In this document: positions 26,727 to 38,425 of the stretch, piece after piece
Layout: the number at the start of each line of letters is the position of its first letter
Position numbering within the stretch: position 1 is the first letter of the stretch
NCBI GenBank assembly: GCA_964016885.1
Contig: OZ024741.1
Location: 140,740,001 to 140,804,000 of the forward strand
DNA length: 64,000 nucleotides
Origin: Eledone cirrhosa
Taxonomy: Eukaryota
Direction of reading: 5' to 3'
Made by a program: the position numbers and the translations under genes
Notes under the pieces: model-generated
What the model saw: only the letters and a program-made list of their open reading frames with translations
What the model was told of the DNA's origin: nothing
Databases searched by the model: none

Positions 26727-28600
26727 GCATGTGTACATAGACACATACATACACATCAATATACACTCGTACAAAAATATACATACATGCAAAGAGATAA
26801 GCGTGCTAATTGTAATTATGGCAAAAGGAAGGTAAAGTTACATTGTAGTAGTGATTTGAGAAAAACTAGGATTTAGGATCAAAGGATGGCAGCAGCTGAG
26901 AAGGAATAAGTTTGTGGGTAGATGAGGTACTTATAGACATTTGTGTGGTATAGACTTGTGAAGGATATAGTATACTTAATGAATATATTTCTGTGGGGAG
27001 TAGGTATCCTAGTTTAAAGCTATGTTGTGTTGGTTCGATTCACGGAGGTTTAAATCTTATGAATTTAGTGGCAATTCTATGTCTGCAGAAGATAGATCTT
27101 TCTAACTTATTGTTAAGTAGCCTTTTTACATTTTTGAGGATATACAATAGCTCAAGATCACATAGCCCGCAGTGGGACATCCCTGTACTATAGGTTTTAG
27201 CAGCCGACAACTTCGACCAGTTGATACTGTAGTTAGTGCTGCTGTCCTTCAGTTCCCATATTTTTTTGGCGAGGGTTGTGGAACCCATAAGTGCACGGTT
27301 TTTCATTGAGTGTCTGTGCACATACCATCTTTTTTTAAAAGAACCCGCGGTGGATCCTATGTAATTCCAGGTGGAGTTACCCGAGATGACAGTGCACATG
27401 TACACTAGGCTCGAATCGAGACATCTGTTCGCCAATGGGCACCTATCTGGTAGGTGACAGTTACAGTTTGAGGCGCTATTTTGTGCAGCTTTTACATTCC
27501 TATTTAGTACTCTGTTATAAGTGGGTTGTGATATATGCCCAATGGGGTTTTGCTGCTGCGCGTTTGTATGCGCTTGTGGTTGTGATGTTGTGATGTGTTT
27601 GTGCTTATAATTTGGTGCTACGTTATGTATAGGTGCAGTTGATTTACTAGAGATATTTCTTGCGTATGTGTGATTCTATGTTAGCTGCTGTTGAGTATGA
27701 GAGTTTTATAGTAGATCTATTGAGTATTTTGTGATATCTATGCGAGATAGGGAAGTGTTTATCTATTAGTTTAAAGAATGTAGAGGGCAGTCTAGTTTTT
27801 ATAGAGGAGTTGAATATTGGGTTGAACCATAGGTATTTTCTTTGTCTGTTTCTTCTATTGTTTCTTGGGTTTACGTTATTAGTGTTTTGGCCGTTTACTC
27901 CAGGTGTTACGTGTCTAACCCTATGTCTAGTCAAGTTATTTCTATTATTATGTGATCGGTTGGAGTAGTAATTACTAGGATTGTTTACGTTGTCCTTATT
28001 CACTATATACTGCAGTTTATCTTTATGACCGGCCCTACGTAATGCTGCATTATAATAGTCAGCATGCTCGTTAAAGATTTCTAGGTTTGAGGATAAGCGG
28101 GATATTCGGAGGGATATACTACGTGCTATGGATCTAATTATGGATTTGGGGTGATTTGAGTTGTAACTAATGTAGGCAAGATTTTCATTATTTTTGTGGA
28201 AATGTTCTATTAATCCAGTATTTAGATTTAGAGTCACATCTAGAAAAGTTACCTTCGTAGATAATAGTTAGTCCTAGTTTTTTGAAGAATATTCTAATAT
28301 TTTTTCTTAGTCTTTCCATGCTCTGGTTGTTTAGGTTCCTAGCTATAAGTAACGTGTCGTCCCTATAAATTCCTCCTTGGAGGTTACTGAATTCCTTATG
28401 TAGGTTGTGTGCTATGAATAGCCCCACGATATCTGTGATTTGCGAAGAATCATTTGATTCCATTGTTATATCGAAGCTATTTATTCTATCCTTTCTTACC
28501 CAGTAGCTATTTTCAAATGTTATGATAGTCCTTCTAGCCGCTATTATTATTTCAATTTCATCATGGGTAAGATCAGAGTTATTTTGGGCAAATATAAAAA
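25930..28600 (-). mobile_element. Naiad-type Penelope-like element A, 5'-truncated and frameshifted
   Basis: FDITM, GGIYRDD, SNHPKSI, LWFNP, NCNC..CPL..RC, YIGST..FKKRW..H, CGLC, CRHR. Long 3' region ending at (TA)n. Boundaries approximate. Confidence 0.85.
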
Positions 28601-28619
28601 TATATATATAATATACCAC

Positions 28620-31600
28620 CTAAAAATACATATGGAACATTATTGATTAATAGTGTCAACTCTTTTATCAATAGAGTGAGATGGAGGACATTCCATTACG
28701 ATTGAAACCGATCAAACAAAAACAGAGATACAAACAACTTCGACTTTTACCGCTTTAAAATGTTTAAAAGCCCCCCCCCCCCCTCACAACACCTTATTAA
28801 ACTCTTTTGAACATGATATAATTAAATAAGTTGAGAACATAAGGTACAAAAAACATCCTAATAGAAACAACACCTTCTTAAACAACCTTAACTCCACTAT
28901 TAAAGGATTTAATAAAAATTAAAAAATTCTAGTACATGCAGATAAAACTAATAATATATATAGCTTAGATTACGATACATATAGAAAATGTATATATAAA
29001 GAACTGCATATGAGCTATAAGAAAACTACTACTAAAAACCTAGAAGATATAAATATAGAAGGCCGTAGTATAGTGTGTAAATTGGGACTTCAGAGACATG
29101 GACAGCCATATACCCCTAACCCCTCAAGATTCTCTCTGAAGGACCATAGAGGAGACATCATTAATACCCCTTCGATAAGACTAGTTTGCCCTTCCAAATT
29201 TGACATTGGTATTATAAGCAAGAAGATATTAAATAGAATCATCCCATAATTTAAGCACAAAATATATCTTAACCAATGGGGAAATACAGATGAAGTTATT
29301 GAATGGTTCAAGGATATTAAAGAGAATAAAAATAAAAAATGTATACAATTTGATATCAATTCATACTACACCTCTATTTCCCCTATTCTATCAAATAAAG
29401 CTTTAATTATGGTCATGAGCAACAGTGACCTGACTAGATCCCAAATTGATGTCATACTTGCGGCCCGTAAAATCATAATTACATTTGAAGAACAATTATA
29501 GACCCGCAAGGATATGCATAACAATTTCGACATAACTATGGGATATAGTGACTCGGCGAAGGTGGATTTGGTGAGCCTATATCTACTAAATGAAATTCAT
29601 AAGAACCTACCCTACCTCAATGGTCGTTTATACCGCGATGATGCACTACTCCTTATAGACTATAAAACATTTAATATAGAACGAACTAGGAAACAATTAC
29701 ATAAAATTTTCAAAAACTTCAACTTAAGTATCACCTTAGATAAAAACACTAAAGACGTTAACTTCCTTGATGCTACCCTTTGCCTGGACTCTAAAATATA
29801 TACACCTTTTCATAAACCAAACGAAAAACTAATTCATGTGAATACCAACTCTAGCCACCCTAAATCTATATTAAACTCAATTACTAAAGGAATATCTAAT
29901 AGAATCTCTAATCTATCATATAACGAAAGCATATTTAACAATAATTCACAATACTATAATGAGGCCCTAGCTAAATCAGGACATAAGAATGGGATTGAAT
30001 TCATACCTATAAATTCACATAGTTACAACATTATTTCTCACAATATGGCCATGAGGAAAAATAATAAAAGTACAAGCCACTATAACTCTACTATGAAGGA
30101 GGGTAATATCAAACTTAACTCGCACCAAAGTAAACACCACACTAATAATATAAATAGGAATACAAATAAATACCTAAAAAAACATTACAAAAGACAAAAA
30201 TAGAAGAACTAATACATTCTTCAATCCCCCTTTCAATCTAAACGTCTCTACCAACTTGTCTAAGGCTTTCTCCTCAATCTTAGAAAACAACTTCCCATCC
30301 AGCCACAAGTACCATAATCTCATCAATAAAAATACCATTAAAATCTCTTACATCCACACCTAACATCGTACACCATATAGCTAGTAGTAATAAAAGGAAG
30401 ATTAATAATTATTTCCAACTAATTAAAACACAACAGGAGGTAAACTTAGTACCTATAAATCCTAGTAGTAATAATAGTAATAATGGTAATAGCACTAATG
30501 AAATCAATAACAATAGGAATGACAACCATCATTACCCTAATGCTATCACTAGCACCCAGACTTCTACACAACATAGTAGCCGGCAAGCAAACATCCAGAA
30601 TAAATGTAACTGTAGAACTAATAGAACTTGCCCCTTGGGTAATAATTGCTTAATCAAAAACATCATTTACTCATGCACGTTCAACGCAAACAACTCTTCT
30701 AAAACTTATATCGGCTCTACTTCGAACTGCTTCAAGACGAGATACAACTCGCACCTCCACTCTTTCATAAAAAATCAATCTAGCCAACTCCACTTCTTTA
30801 TCTAGCTAGGCGCACTCTCTGAAAACTAGGATTAGACCATTTACACTTCAATGGGAAGTAGTAGGTAGGGCCACATCGTATAAACCACCGAATAAATTGT
30901 GTAACCCCTGTCTTCTAGATACCCGTGCTATAATATTTTCGAAATTTGACCTCCTAAATAGAAAATCAGGTATTTTCCTCATGCCAGCACCACTACCGAC
31001 ACTCGTTCCATAACTTTAAACCATGCTGCTAGTATATGACAATTTCAGATTTTAATTCCTCACCACCATTAGCACTTCAGCTCTAAGACTTATCAGCCCC
31101 CACAGCAACACACTCTTTAATCAGCTCTTTCCTATACACAACTCCTATTTATTTCTAACCTTATACTCTATAATAACTATTAGAAATAAAAATAAAGTTA
31201 CCACCTTTTAATATAACTACTATAGCTTAATTATATTATATACAGTAATGGATATATGATATGTAGAGACATTTATTGTAATATGTAATAATAGATTATA
31301 TATACATTTATAATTAAATATTTAAATTAATAGCATTGTATATAAGAGATTTACTTTTAACACAATATAATAATAATAAATTATATATATATACATTTAT
31401 AATTAAATATATAAATTAATAGCATTATATATAACGGATTAACTTTTATCATAATAATGTATATTATTACACAAATGATTTAACTATTTGGACATGTAAA
31501 CAGCTATACATTTTTCCATATCTTATATATTGTACAGTAAAGGATAAATTAACAATCTAATGAGACCTTTAATGTATTATAGGGAAATAGACTGTATTTA

Positions 31601-32450
31601 AAATTAAGTATAAATATATAACATTATATAATAGAGATTCGGTAGAGAGTCGGACGCCATGCTTTGCAGCATAGTTACGTCACTTTACGGTCTGAGTTCA
31701 AATCCCGTCGAGTTTAACTTTGCCTTTCATCCTTACGGGGTCAATAAAATAAAGTACCAGTAATGCACTGGTTAATTGCGGGCCTTGTGCCAAAAGTAGA
31801 AACAATTATTTAATAGAGATTCACTTGTATAACAATATAATGTGTATTAGAGCAAAGAATTTAAATAATTGAATTTAATTAGCCAGTTACCTCCCCTTAC
31901 GCATTAGCTCCCCTTAATCTTGGATCTCATACTCACTTCCGGAAATTAAACAGTTCAACAACTCTAATCCATGAATAAGAATACAATAAGACCAATTTAC
32001 AATCCATGGCTGTAACTAACTTAAAACATTCAATATAAACATTAACTAAAATATAATTTAACATATGCAATGGAAAAGACTTTGATTTTCTCAACGCACA
32101 CAAATTTCTACACTCTAATCATATTACATCCGCCATAAAATTCTAATACATTAACACATTTGCTTGCCATACAGTTTTTATCTATTTATCTATATATGCA
32201 TTATACCTTTGCTTATTTCCTTCTCATATATATTACTAACGCATGTGCATATATATTACTAACGCCTGCATATGTACTGCTAATGTACTCATTCTTTCTC
32301 AATGCCCCTTTAATTATTAGACTATTCTCTTGTATTATCTGTTGCATGTATTCCATTCTGTGCTTTTAATTTTAATTTTAATTTTTGTACAATTCTCGTA
32401 TAATATATGTGGCATCCATTCCACCCTGTAAATACGAAACTGTTGTTCAC
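28620..32450 (+). mobile_element. Naiad-type Penelope-like element B, near full-length and decayed
   Basis: SFINRVRWR, ADKTNNIY, LKDH, RLVCPSK, NQW, FDITMG, LYRDD, FLDATL, SSHP, FNPPF, CNCR..CPLGNNC, YIGST..FKTRYNSH. 3' end approximate. Confidence 0.85.
31641..31810 (+). mobile_element. SINE inserted into the Naiad B 3' region
   Basis: SINE consensus with a 12-bp TSD taatagagattc at 31629-31640 and 31811-31822. Confidence 0.9.
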
Positions 32451-32744
32451 AACATCAATATATATGTATCTATATGATTGTTCAGTTGAATAGGAGGTTA
32501 ATTATATGTACAAACATTGCTAATGCTCCATTGACACCAAACGAAAGTTCGGAAGAAAAGATTGTCAGCATTTAAATGATTTGAACATAACTTTGATAAT
32601 TGTGTAATTTATATTCCTGCTCTGCAAAATACCTGATGTTCTTACATTGAGCTATTTCTCTTACTGGTAATAAGGTAGTAGAAATTACTGACCTTTCCTG
32701 TTTATAGTTGTTCATAGTATATACATAACTATAAATAGTATCAT

Positions 32745-32824
<80 letters not shown>

Positions 32825-32827
<3 letters not shown>

Positions 32828-33395
32828 CAATAAACATAAATGAAGCAATAAATGAAGCAATAAATGAGACAATAAACATAAATGAACTCCAACCAAAATT
32901 AAATAGAAAACATGAATGGAATAGCAACATCACAACTTACAATTAAGGACAAAATGAAAACACACACACATAGAACAAACAATCAACCAGAAACATGTAA
33001 ATAAACAAATAAATAAACAAATATAAACACACACAGACGCCCGGATGTATAACATGCGCAAAAAAAGCACCAAACACACATAAAAACAAGATGGCGTAGG
33101 ACAGAACAAAGGAGAGGCACACAAACAAAAAAAAGAATCCCCAGTCACTGAAGAGGTCACGGAATGTGTGACGAAAAACTTTGACAATATATGAACAATC
33201 GTCTGGTTGTGGAACCAACCAACCAACCGGTAATTTATAAATTCTTAAATTTATAAATATAATTTATAATAAATTGGAGTGAAAGCAACTGGTGCGTGTG
33301 TTTCTTAATGGCAACATGACCCTCCCAAAGCATAACAATATCGGTTTCAACACACGTTTTCAGATAAAGAATCTTGCTAAACATATTCAGAAACG
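32825..33395 (+). mobile_element. Non-coding PLE pLTR with HHR
   Basis: Lies between (TA)n tracts. Homologous to 60955-61220 (rc), 57822-57870 and 1108-1170. Confidence 0.75.
33144..33185 (+). ncRNA. Minimal type I hammerhead ribozyme
   Basis: gtca-CTGAAGA-G-GTCAC ggaatgt GTGAC-GAAA-AACTT|tgac. Stem I gtca/tgac; stem III is weak. Confidence 0.65.
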
Positions 33396-33428
<33 letters not shown>

Positions 33429-33453
33429 CATACACACACACACACACACACAT

Positions 33454-33576
<123 letters not shown>

Positions 33577-33577
33577 A

Positions 33578-33701
<124 letters not shown>

Positions 33702-33862
33702 GGAGGAGGTTATAGTTCACTTGAAGCATTGTGTAATGAGGTATAAACGTTAGAATATGTGTAATAAGGCCAAGACAATGCAGATATGGACATAGAAAAA
33801 AGAATGCAATAGTGAGAGATATTGATGAGAATTCGTCTTTCACCTTGAATTTATTTAAATGT

Positions 33863-33897
33863 CCTTAATTTTCGAGATAATATCTCTTCTTCGGAGG
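33863..33897 (-). ncRNA. Hammerhead-like motif, U4C core variant
   Basis: cct-CCGAAGA-A-GAGAT att ATCTC-GAAA-ATT-A|agg. Palindromic stem III AATT. Same sense as the ORF. Confidence 0.6.
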
Positions 33898-34282
33898 GAA
33901 GTAAAAGTCTCAGACCAGCGTCTTAAATTTCCAATGAAGCCATGCTGACCGGAAATAGTATAGAGTTCTAACTTTAATATCAAATAATTAAAATTAGGTG
34001 GGTAAAGAGTAGTCTCCCTTTAAGAGGGGTTTGTTTATGTTTTTGTTGTGTTTTTTTAAATTTTATATGCGTGCCTGTATATGTGTGTGGGAGAAAGCAT
34101 GAAGGTGTAGGTATGTGGGTGTGTGTGTGTGTGAGTGTGGGAAGATAGGTCTAATCGTAAAAGTGGGGGGTAGGTGTTATCTAGTGTTAGAACTGGTTTT
34201 GTGTGTGTGTGTGTGAGAGAGAATAAGTGGAGGTGTGCGCGTGCGTGTGTGTGGGGTGCGTCAAGTGGTGCTAGAGGCCCTA

Positions 34283-35842
34283 TCAGGTTATAAATTGGGT
34301 GTTGAGCTCTAGTCTATTATTGATTGGTGGATGTGTTCTATCTATAATGAATGCTTCCTTGATTCTAAGATTGCCGAGGTTTCTTTCTTTAGTTTCTATC
34401 CTAACTGTTATGTTTTTATCAGTGTTTTTGCATTTAACTAGGTGTTTCTTAAATGAGGAAGCGTTAGTATTGAGGTGTTCTTTTATTCTTATGTGGAGTG
34501 GTCTGGTGGTGCTACCTACGTAGAAGTTGTTGAATTTGTCACACTCTAGTCTGTAAACTACGTAAGCCTGGTGGCATAGGTCTGTGTCGTTGATGGGGCA
34601 GTTGGCTAGTCTGCAGCAGTTGTCATGTCTGGTGGAGTGTCTCTTAGCTAGCCGTCCACGCAAAGAAGGACCCGAATGGGCCAGTTGAATATCCAGACCT
34701 TCTCGTCTGATGGCTCTGCGGATGGCTGTTGTTGTTTCTTCACTGAAGTGTGGGAGCTTCAGGAAGCAAGTGTTAGTGCCTCGGGTGTGGTGTCCTCTGT
34801 TCTTTCTGGCACGGTTTGTGGTGGATGTCGTGTATCCGTTCAGTTTGAGTACTTCCAGGAAATGTGTGGTGTGTGTGTCTCGGTCTCTGGCGCCGGTGCA
34901 TTTGTTCTTGATACGTGCCAGTTCGTTCTTTATGTATCCGAACTTGGCACCGAGTGGGAGGGCCGATCTGAAATGTACGAACAGGTCCCTGCTGGCGGAT
35001 TTTTTATAGAAGCAGGTGTGGATGTTGCCTTCCTCTGTTACCCTGAGTTGGAAGTCCAGCAGGGATAGGGATCCGCGGTCATCGGGGTGTTCTATGCTGA
35101 ACTTTATACTGGCGTCCATGCTGGAGAATGTTGTGTATATTTTCTCTGCCTCTTCACGGGATGATGTAAGGATGAGTATGTCATCTACATATCGGGTGAA
35201 GAAGGCATGGGAATGGCAGGTGTTGAGGGCTCGGCATTCTAGTTGGTTCATGTAAGTGATGGCCAGCAGGCCAGAGAGGCTGGATCCCATGGGTAATCCT
35301 GTTGTCTGTCTGTATGTGTGGTGGTGGAAGGTGAAGAACGTGTTGTCTACTGTGAAGGACAAAAGTTGGTGTATGTCCGTCGGGTGGAGGCCGTAGCAGT
35401 GGATGTTCTCTGCGACCACGTAGTCCGTCAATAAATCGACAGCTGGGTGAGCGGGGACTGTAGTGTAGAGGGAGACAACGTCGAGGCTAAAAGCGTATTT
35501 ATTAAGTTTAAGTTGTTCTGGCTGGAGTTGGTGTAATCTACGTATAACTTCGTCGGAGCTACTGACATGTCCGGGGAAGGTGGAGAGTAGAGGCTTGAGG
35601 ACCTGGGAGAGAAGCCAGGAAATTTTGTATAGGGGTCCTTCTATGCTAGAGACGATGGGTCTTATATGCGTCTTAGTGCTATTCTTGTGGGTCTTGATGA
35701 GGTGGTAGAAAGTGGGCAGTCTGCTATTTCTAGTGGTGTAGTTGAGTTTAATTTTATTCGGGAGTTGTCTTCTCCTACAGATATCGAACCAAATGGAGTT
35801 GGTCTGTTTTTCGATTTGGGCTGCGGTCATGTCCGGGATCAC
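34283..35842 (-). CDS. PLE reverse transcriptase plus GIY-YIG endonuclease (N-truncated; possibly Nematis-like)
   Basis: LIKTHK, RPIVS, SLDVVSLYT, GLPMGSSLS, RYVDD, LSLLD, VVY..C..YVGSTTRPLHIRIKEH, KEAFII, P.IN. Confidence 0.92.
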   Translation of the reverse strand: MIPDMTAAQIEKQTNSIWFDICRRRQLPNKIKLNYTTRNSRLPTFYHLIKTHKNSTKTHIRPIVSSIEGPLYKISWLLSQVLKPLLSTFPGHVSSSDEVIRRLHQLQPEQLKLNKYAFSLDVVSLYTTVPAHPAVDLLTDYVVAENIHCYGLHPTDIHQLLSFTVDNTFFTFHHHTYRQTTGLPMGSSLSGLLAITYMNQLECRALNTCHSHAFFTRYVDDILILTSSREEAEKIYTTFSSMDASIKFSIEHPDDRGSLSLLDFQLRVTEEGNIHTCFYKKSASRDLFVHFRSALPLGAKFGYIKNELARIKNKCTGARDRDTHTTHFLEVLKLNGYTTSTTNRARKNRGHHTRGTNTCFLKLPHFSEETTTAIRRAIRREGLDIQLAHSGPSLRGRLAKRHSTRHDNCCRLANCPINDTDLCHQAYVVYRLECDKFNNFYVGSTTRPLHIRIKEHLNTNASSFKKHLVKCKNTDKNITVRIETKERNLGNLRIKEAFIIDRTHPPINNRLELNTQFIT

Positions 35843-36026
35843 TGTGTACAGTTAACTGTCGCTTAGGTGTTCGAAGTCTAGGTTATTGTATGTGGCTTGA
35901 GAGATGACGCAGAACTCTTTACCCACCTAATTTTAATTATTTGATATTATAGTTAGAACTCTATACTATTTCCGGTCAGCATGGCTTCATTGGAAATTTA
36001 AGACGATGGTCTGAGACTTTTACTTC

Positions 36027-36061
36027 CCTCCGAAGAAGAGATATTATCTCGAAAATTAAGG
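36027..36061 (+). ncRNA. Hammerhead-like motif (U4C) in the inverted pLTR copy
   Basis: Identical to 33863-33897 (rc). Confidence 0.6.
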
Positions 36062-36175
36062 ACATTTAAATAAATTCAAGGTGAAAGACGAATTCTCATC
36101 AATATCTCTCACTATTGCATTCTTTTTTCTATGTCCATATCTGCATTGTCTTGGCCTTATTACACATATTCTAAC

Positions 36176-36262
<87 letters not shown>

Positions 36263-36274
36263 TATATAAATATT

Positions 36275-36309
<35 letters not shown>

Positions 36310-36352
36310 ATATATAAATATTTATATATATATATATATATACTTATATATA

Positions 36353-36396
<44 letters not shown>

Positions 36397-36499
36397 GAGA
36401 AAATTGAGGTTGGTAATGGCACATGGAATATATAAGAGACAGAATACTTTTTTGTGAAAAAACATAATTTTATAAGGTAAGGAAATAATAAAGGCTATA

Positions 36500-36549
36500 A
36501 AAAATGACCGGTTTCGATGGGTCTGCAAAAGCCATCTTTTCAAATGTTG
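36500..36549 (-). ncRNA. Hammerhead ribozyme (U3-A8 variant) in the inverted pLTR copy
   Basis: Reverse complement of 41669-41716. Confidence 0.7.
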
Positions 36550-36910
36550 ATTAATATTAAGAAAAATTAATAATACGAAGAGTTAAAATTTGAGATTTGA
36601 AAATTCAAGTATAAAATTCATTGTGGGATTTCATAGCAGTTTTCATCTAGGTAGCAACAACAGGTTGACTGCTGTGTCCCTTTCTGGTAGTGAATGAGAA
36701 GTTATTTGGGGTGTGGGTTATTTTATAAAGGTCAGATTTAGCAATCGCCAACTGGCCAGCTGCTGGTCAGTGAGGGGGTGGAAGCAATATACATACACAT
36801 ATCTTCCTGTGGTGGGTAGGAGAGTGGAGCGTGATAGAAAGGGATTTAGTGCACTTACACCTATATATACACACATACCTTCATCCACACATACATACAT
36901 ATACATATAC

Positions 36911-36951
<41 letters not shown>

Positions 36952-37008
36952 CACACATACATACACACACACATACATATACATACACACATACACATAT
37001 ATACACAT

Positions 37009-37075
<67 letters not shown>

Positions 37076-37148
37076 TATATATATACATACACATACATCC
37101 AGATACACACATACATACACACACACACACACACATATATATATGCAC

Positions 37149-37190
<42 letters not shown>

Positions 37191-37274
37191 CCACACATAC
37201 ATACACACACACACACATATATATATACATACACACATACAAAAATACACACACACACACATATATATACACAT

Positions 37275-38425
37275 ACCCAAACCACCACACCGACTGACAA
37301 CCAAATTTATTTAAACGTTCAAAACGTATGCAACTCCATCGAAAAACTTATGAATACCAACACAGAACAAACGACATTGCTCCATATCAAAAACCAAATG
37401 GGACACCTCTGGAAAAAACATCTAAAAACCAGAAAATTCACTTTCTGGAATATGATAAAAAACCTCAACAAAGCTGGAATTTATCAAAAATGGATTAACT
37501 CAACACCGATAGTTTTACCACGTAAATTCCAAATAAAGCATATTACAAACGAACCTGAACCAGAAAGAAAACTCCGTGAACAAATGTCACTCACCAGGAT
37601 AAACATGGAAATAGAACTCCTAAAATTAAGGGCCACCTCAAACGAGCAAGAGTATAAGGATACTGATAAAAATATGGAGGAAGAATGCACTAAAAAGGCC
37701 GAGGGAACAACCCTACAAAATTTAATCAAATCGTGGAAACAGGACTGCGAGAATGCAGAAACTATTTCCCTCAAACGGTGGGAAAATCCGAAAACTGGTT
37801 CCTCAAATATGAAGAAGACTTTAAAAGGACGCACCAAACAGGTAACCCCTTTATAAAGCATTTGAACATAACAAGAACTACAACAGACACATTTACACCA
37901 CCAAACCCAACACACACTAACCACAGGCACATCCCCCACCAACACAAACCAAATACGGCCAACTACACCAAAAGAAACACACCCAACCACCACAACACAG
38001 GTTTCCGTAGAAATGCCCCCTACATAAACCAACGACGAAATAACATAGATCCAACTCACAACACACACACCACATTCCTCAGAAGAAATCCACCCAGACC
38101 ACTTGAAATCACAACAGAACTTACCCACAACCACACCAGACATCACCCTCAATCCAACAAAAGACAACTCCCCAATCTCAACACACTGTACCACAGAAAT
38201 AACGCACCCAGACCACATGAACCAACAACAAAACCCTTGCTCATCAACAACCACAACACATACCACCCCCACCATCACATTCACCCTCATGAAACAACAA
38301 GCTACAGACCCACACGCAACAGACCAACAAAATATAATCACACACAAAACTACATTCCTTTTTTAGGGAAAAGCCTGAAATACCAGGATACTCGATGGCC
38401 CCCCCTCAGGAGAAACCAAAAATAA
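37275..38425 (+). pseudogene. Upstream ORF1 of the Neptune element (helical part, then N/T/H/R/P-rich tail), 5'-truncated, 1-nt deletion near 37785
   Basis: Non-microsatellite part of ORF 36831-37856 ([16 protein letters not shown]...LPRKF...EIELLKLR...WKQDC) continues in the 37733-38425 frame ([13 protein letters not shown]). Confidence 0.7.
38359..38387 (+). promoter_or_regulatory. Candidate -1 programmed ribosomal frameshift signal
   Basis: T TTT TTA (38359-38365) in ORF1 phase followed by GGG. The -1 frame is open from 38338 into RT. cctg/cagg hairpin 8 nt downstream. Confidence 0.65.

Larger units (their letters stand above)
33702..36180 (-). mobile_element. Penelope-like element, 5'-truncated, with an inverted pLTR
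   Basis: 33744-34011 is repeated almost identically in inverted orientation at 35914-36180. 40-nt tail at 33702-33741. (TA)n flanks. Confidence 0.93.

Noticed and set aside
27430-30680. Selenocysteine recoding, reported for some Naiads
   Set aside because: The CNC..CP..C cysteines in both copies use TGT/TGC, and the stops seen look like random decay.
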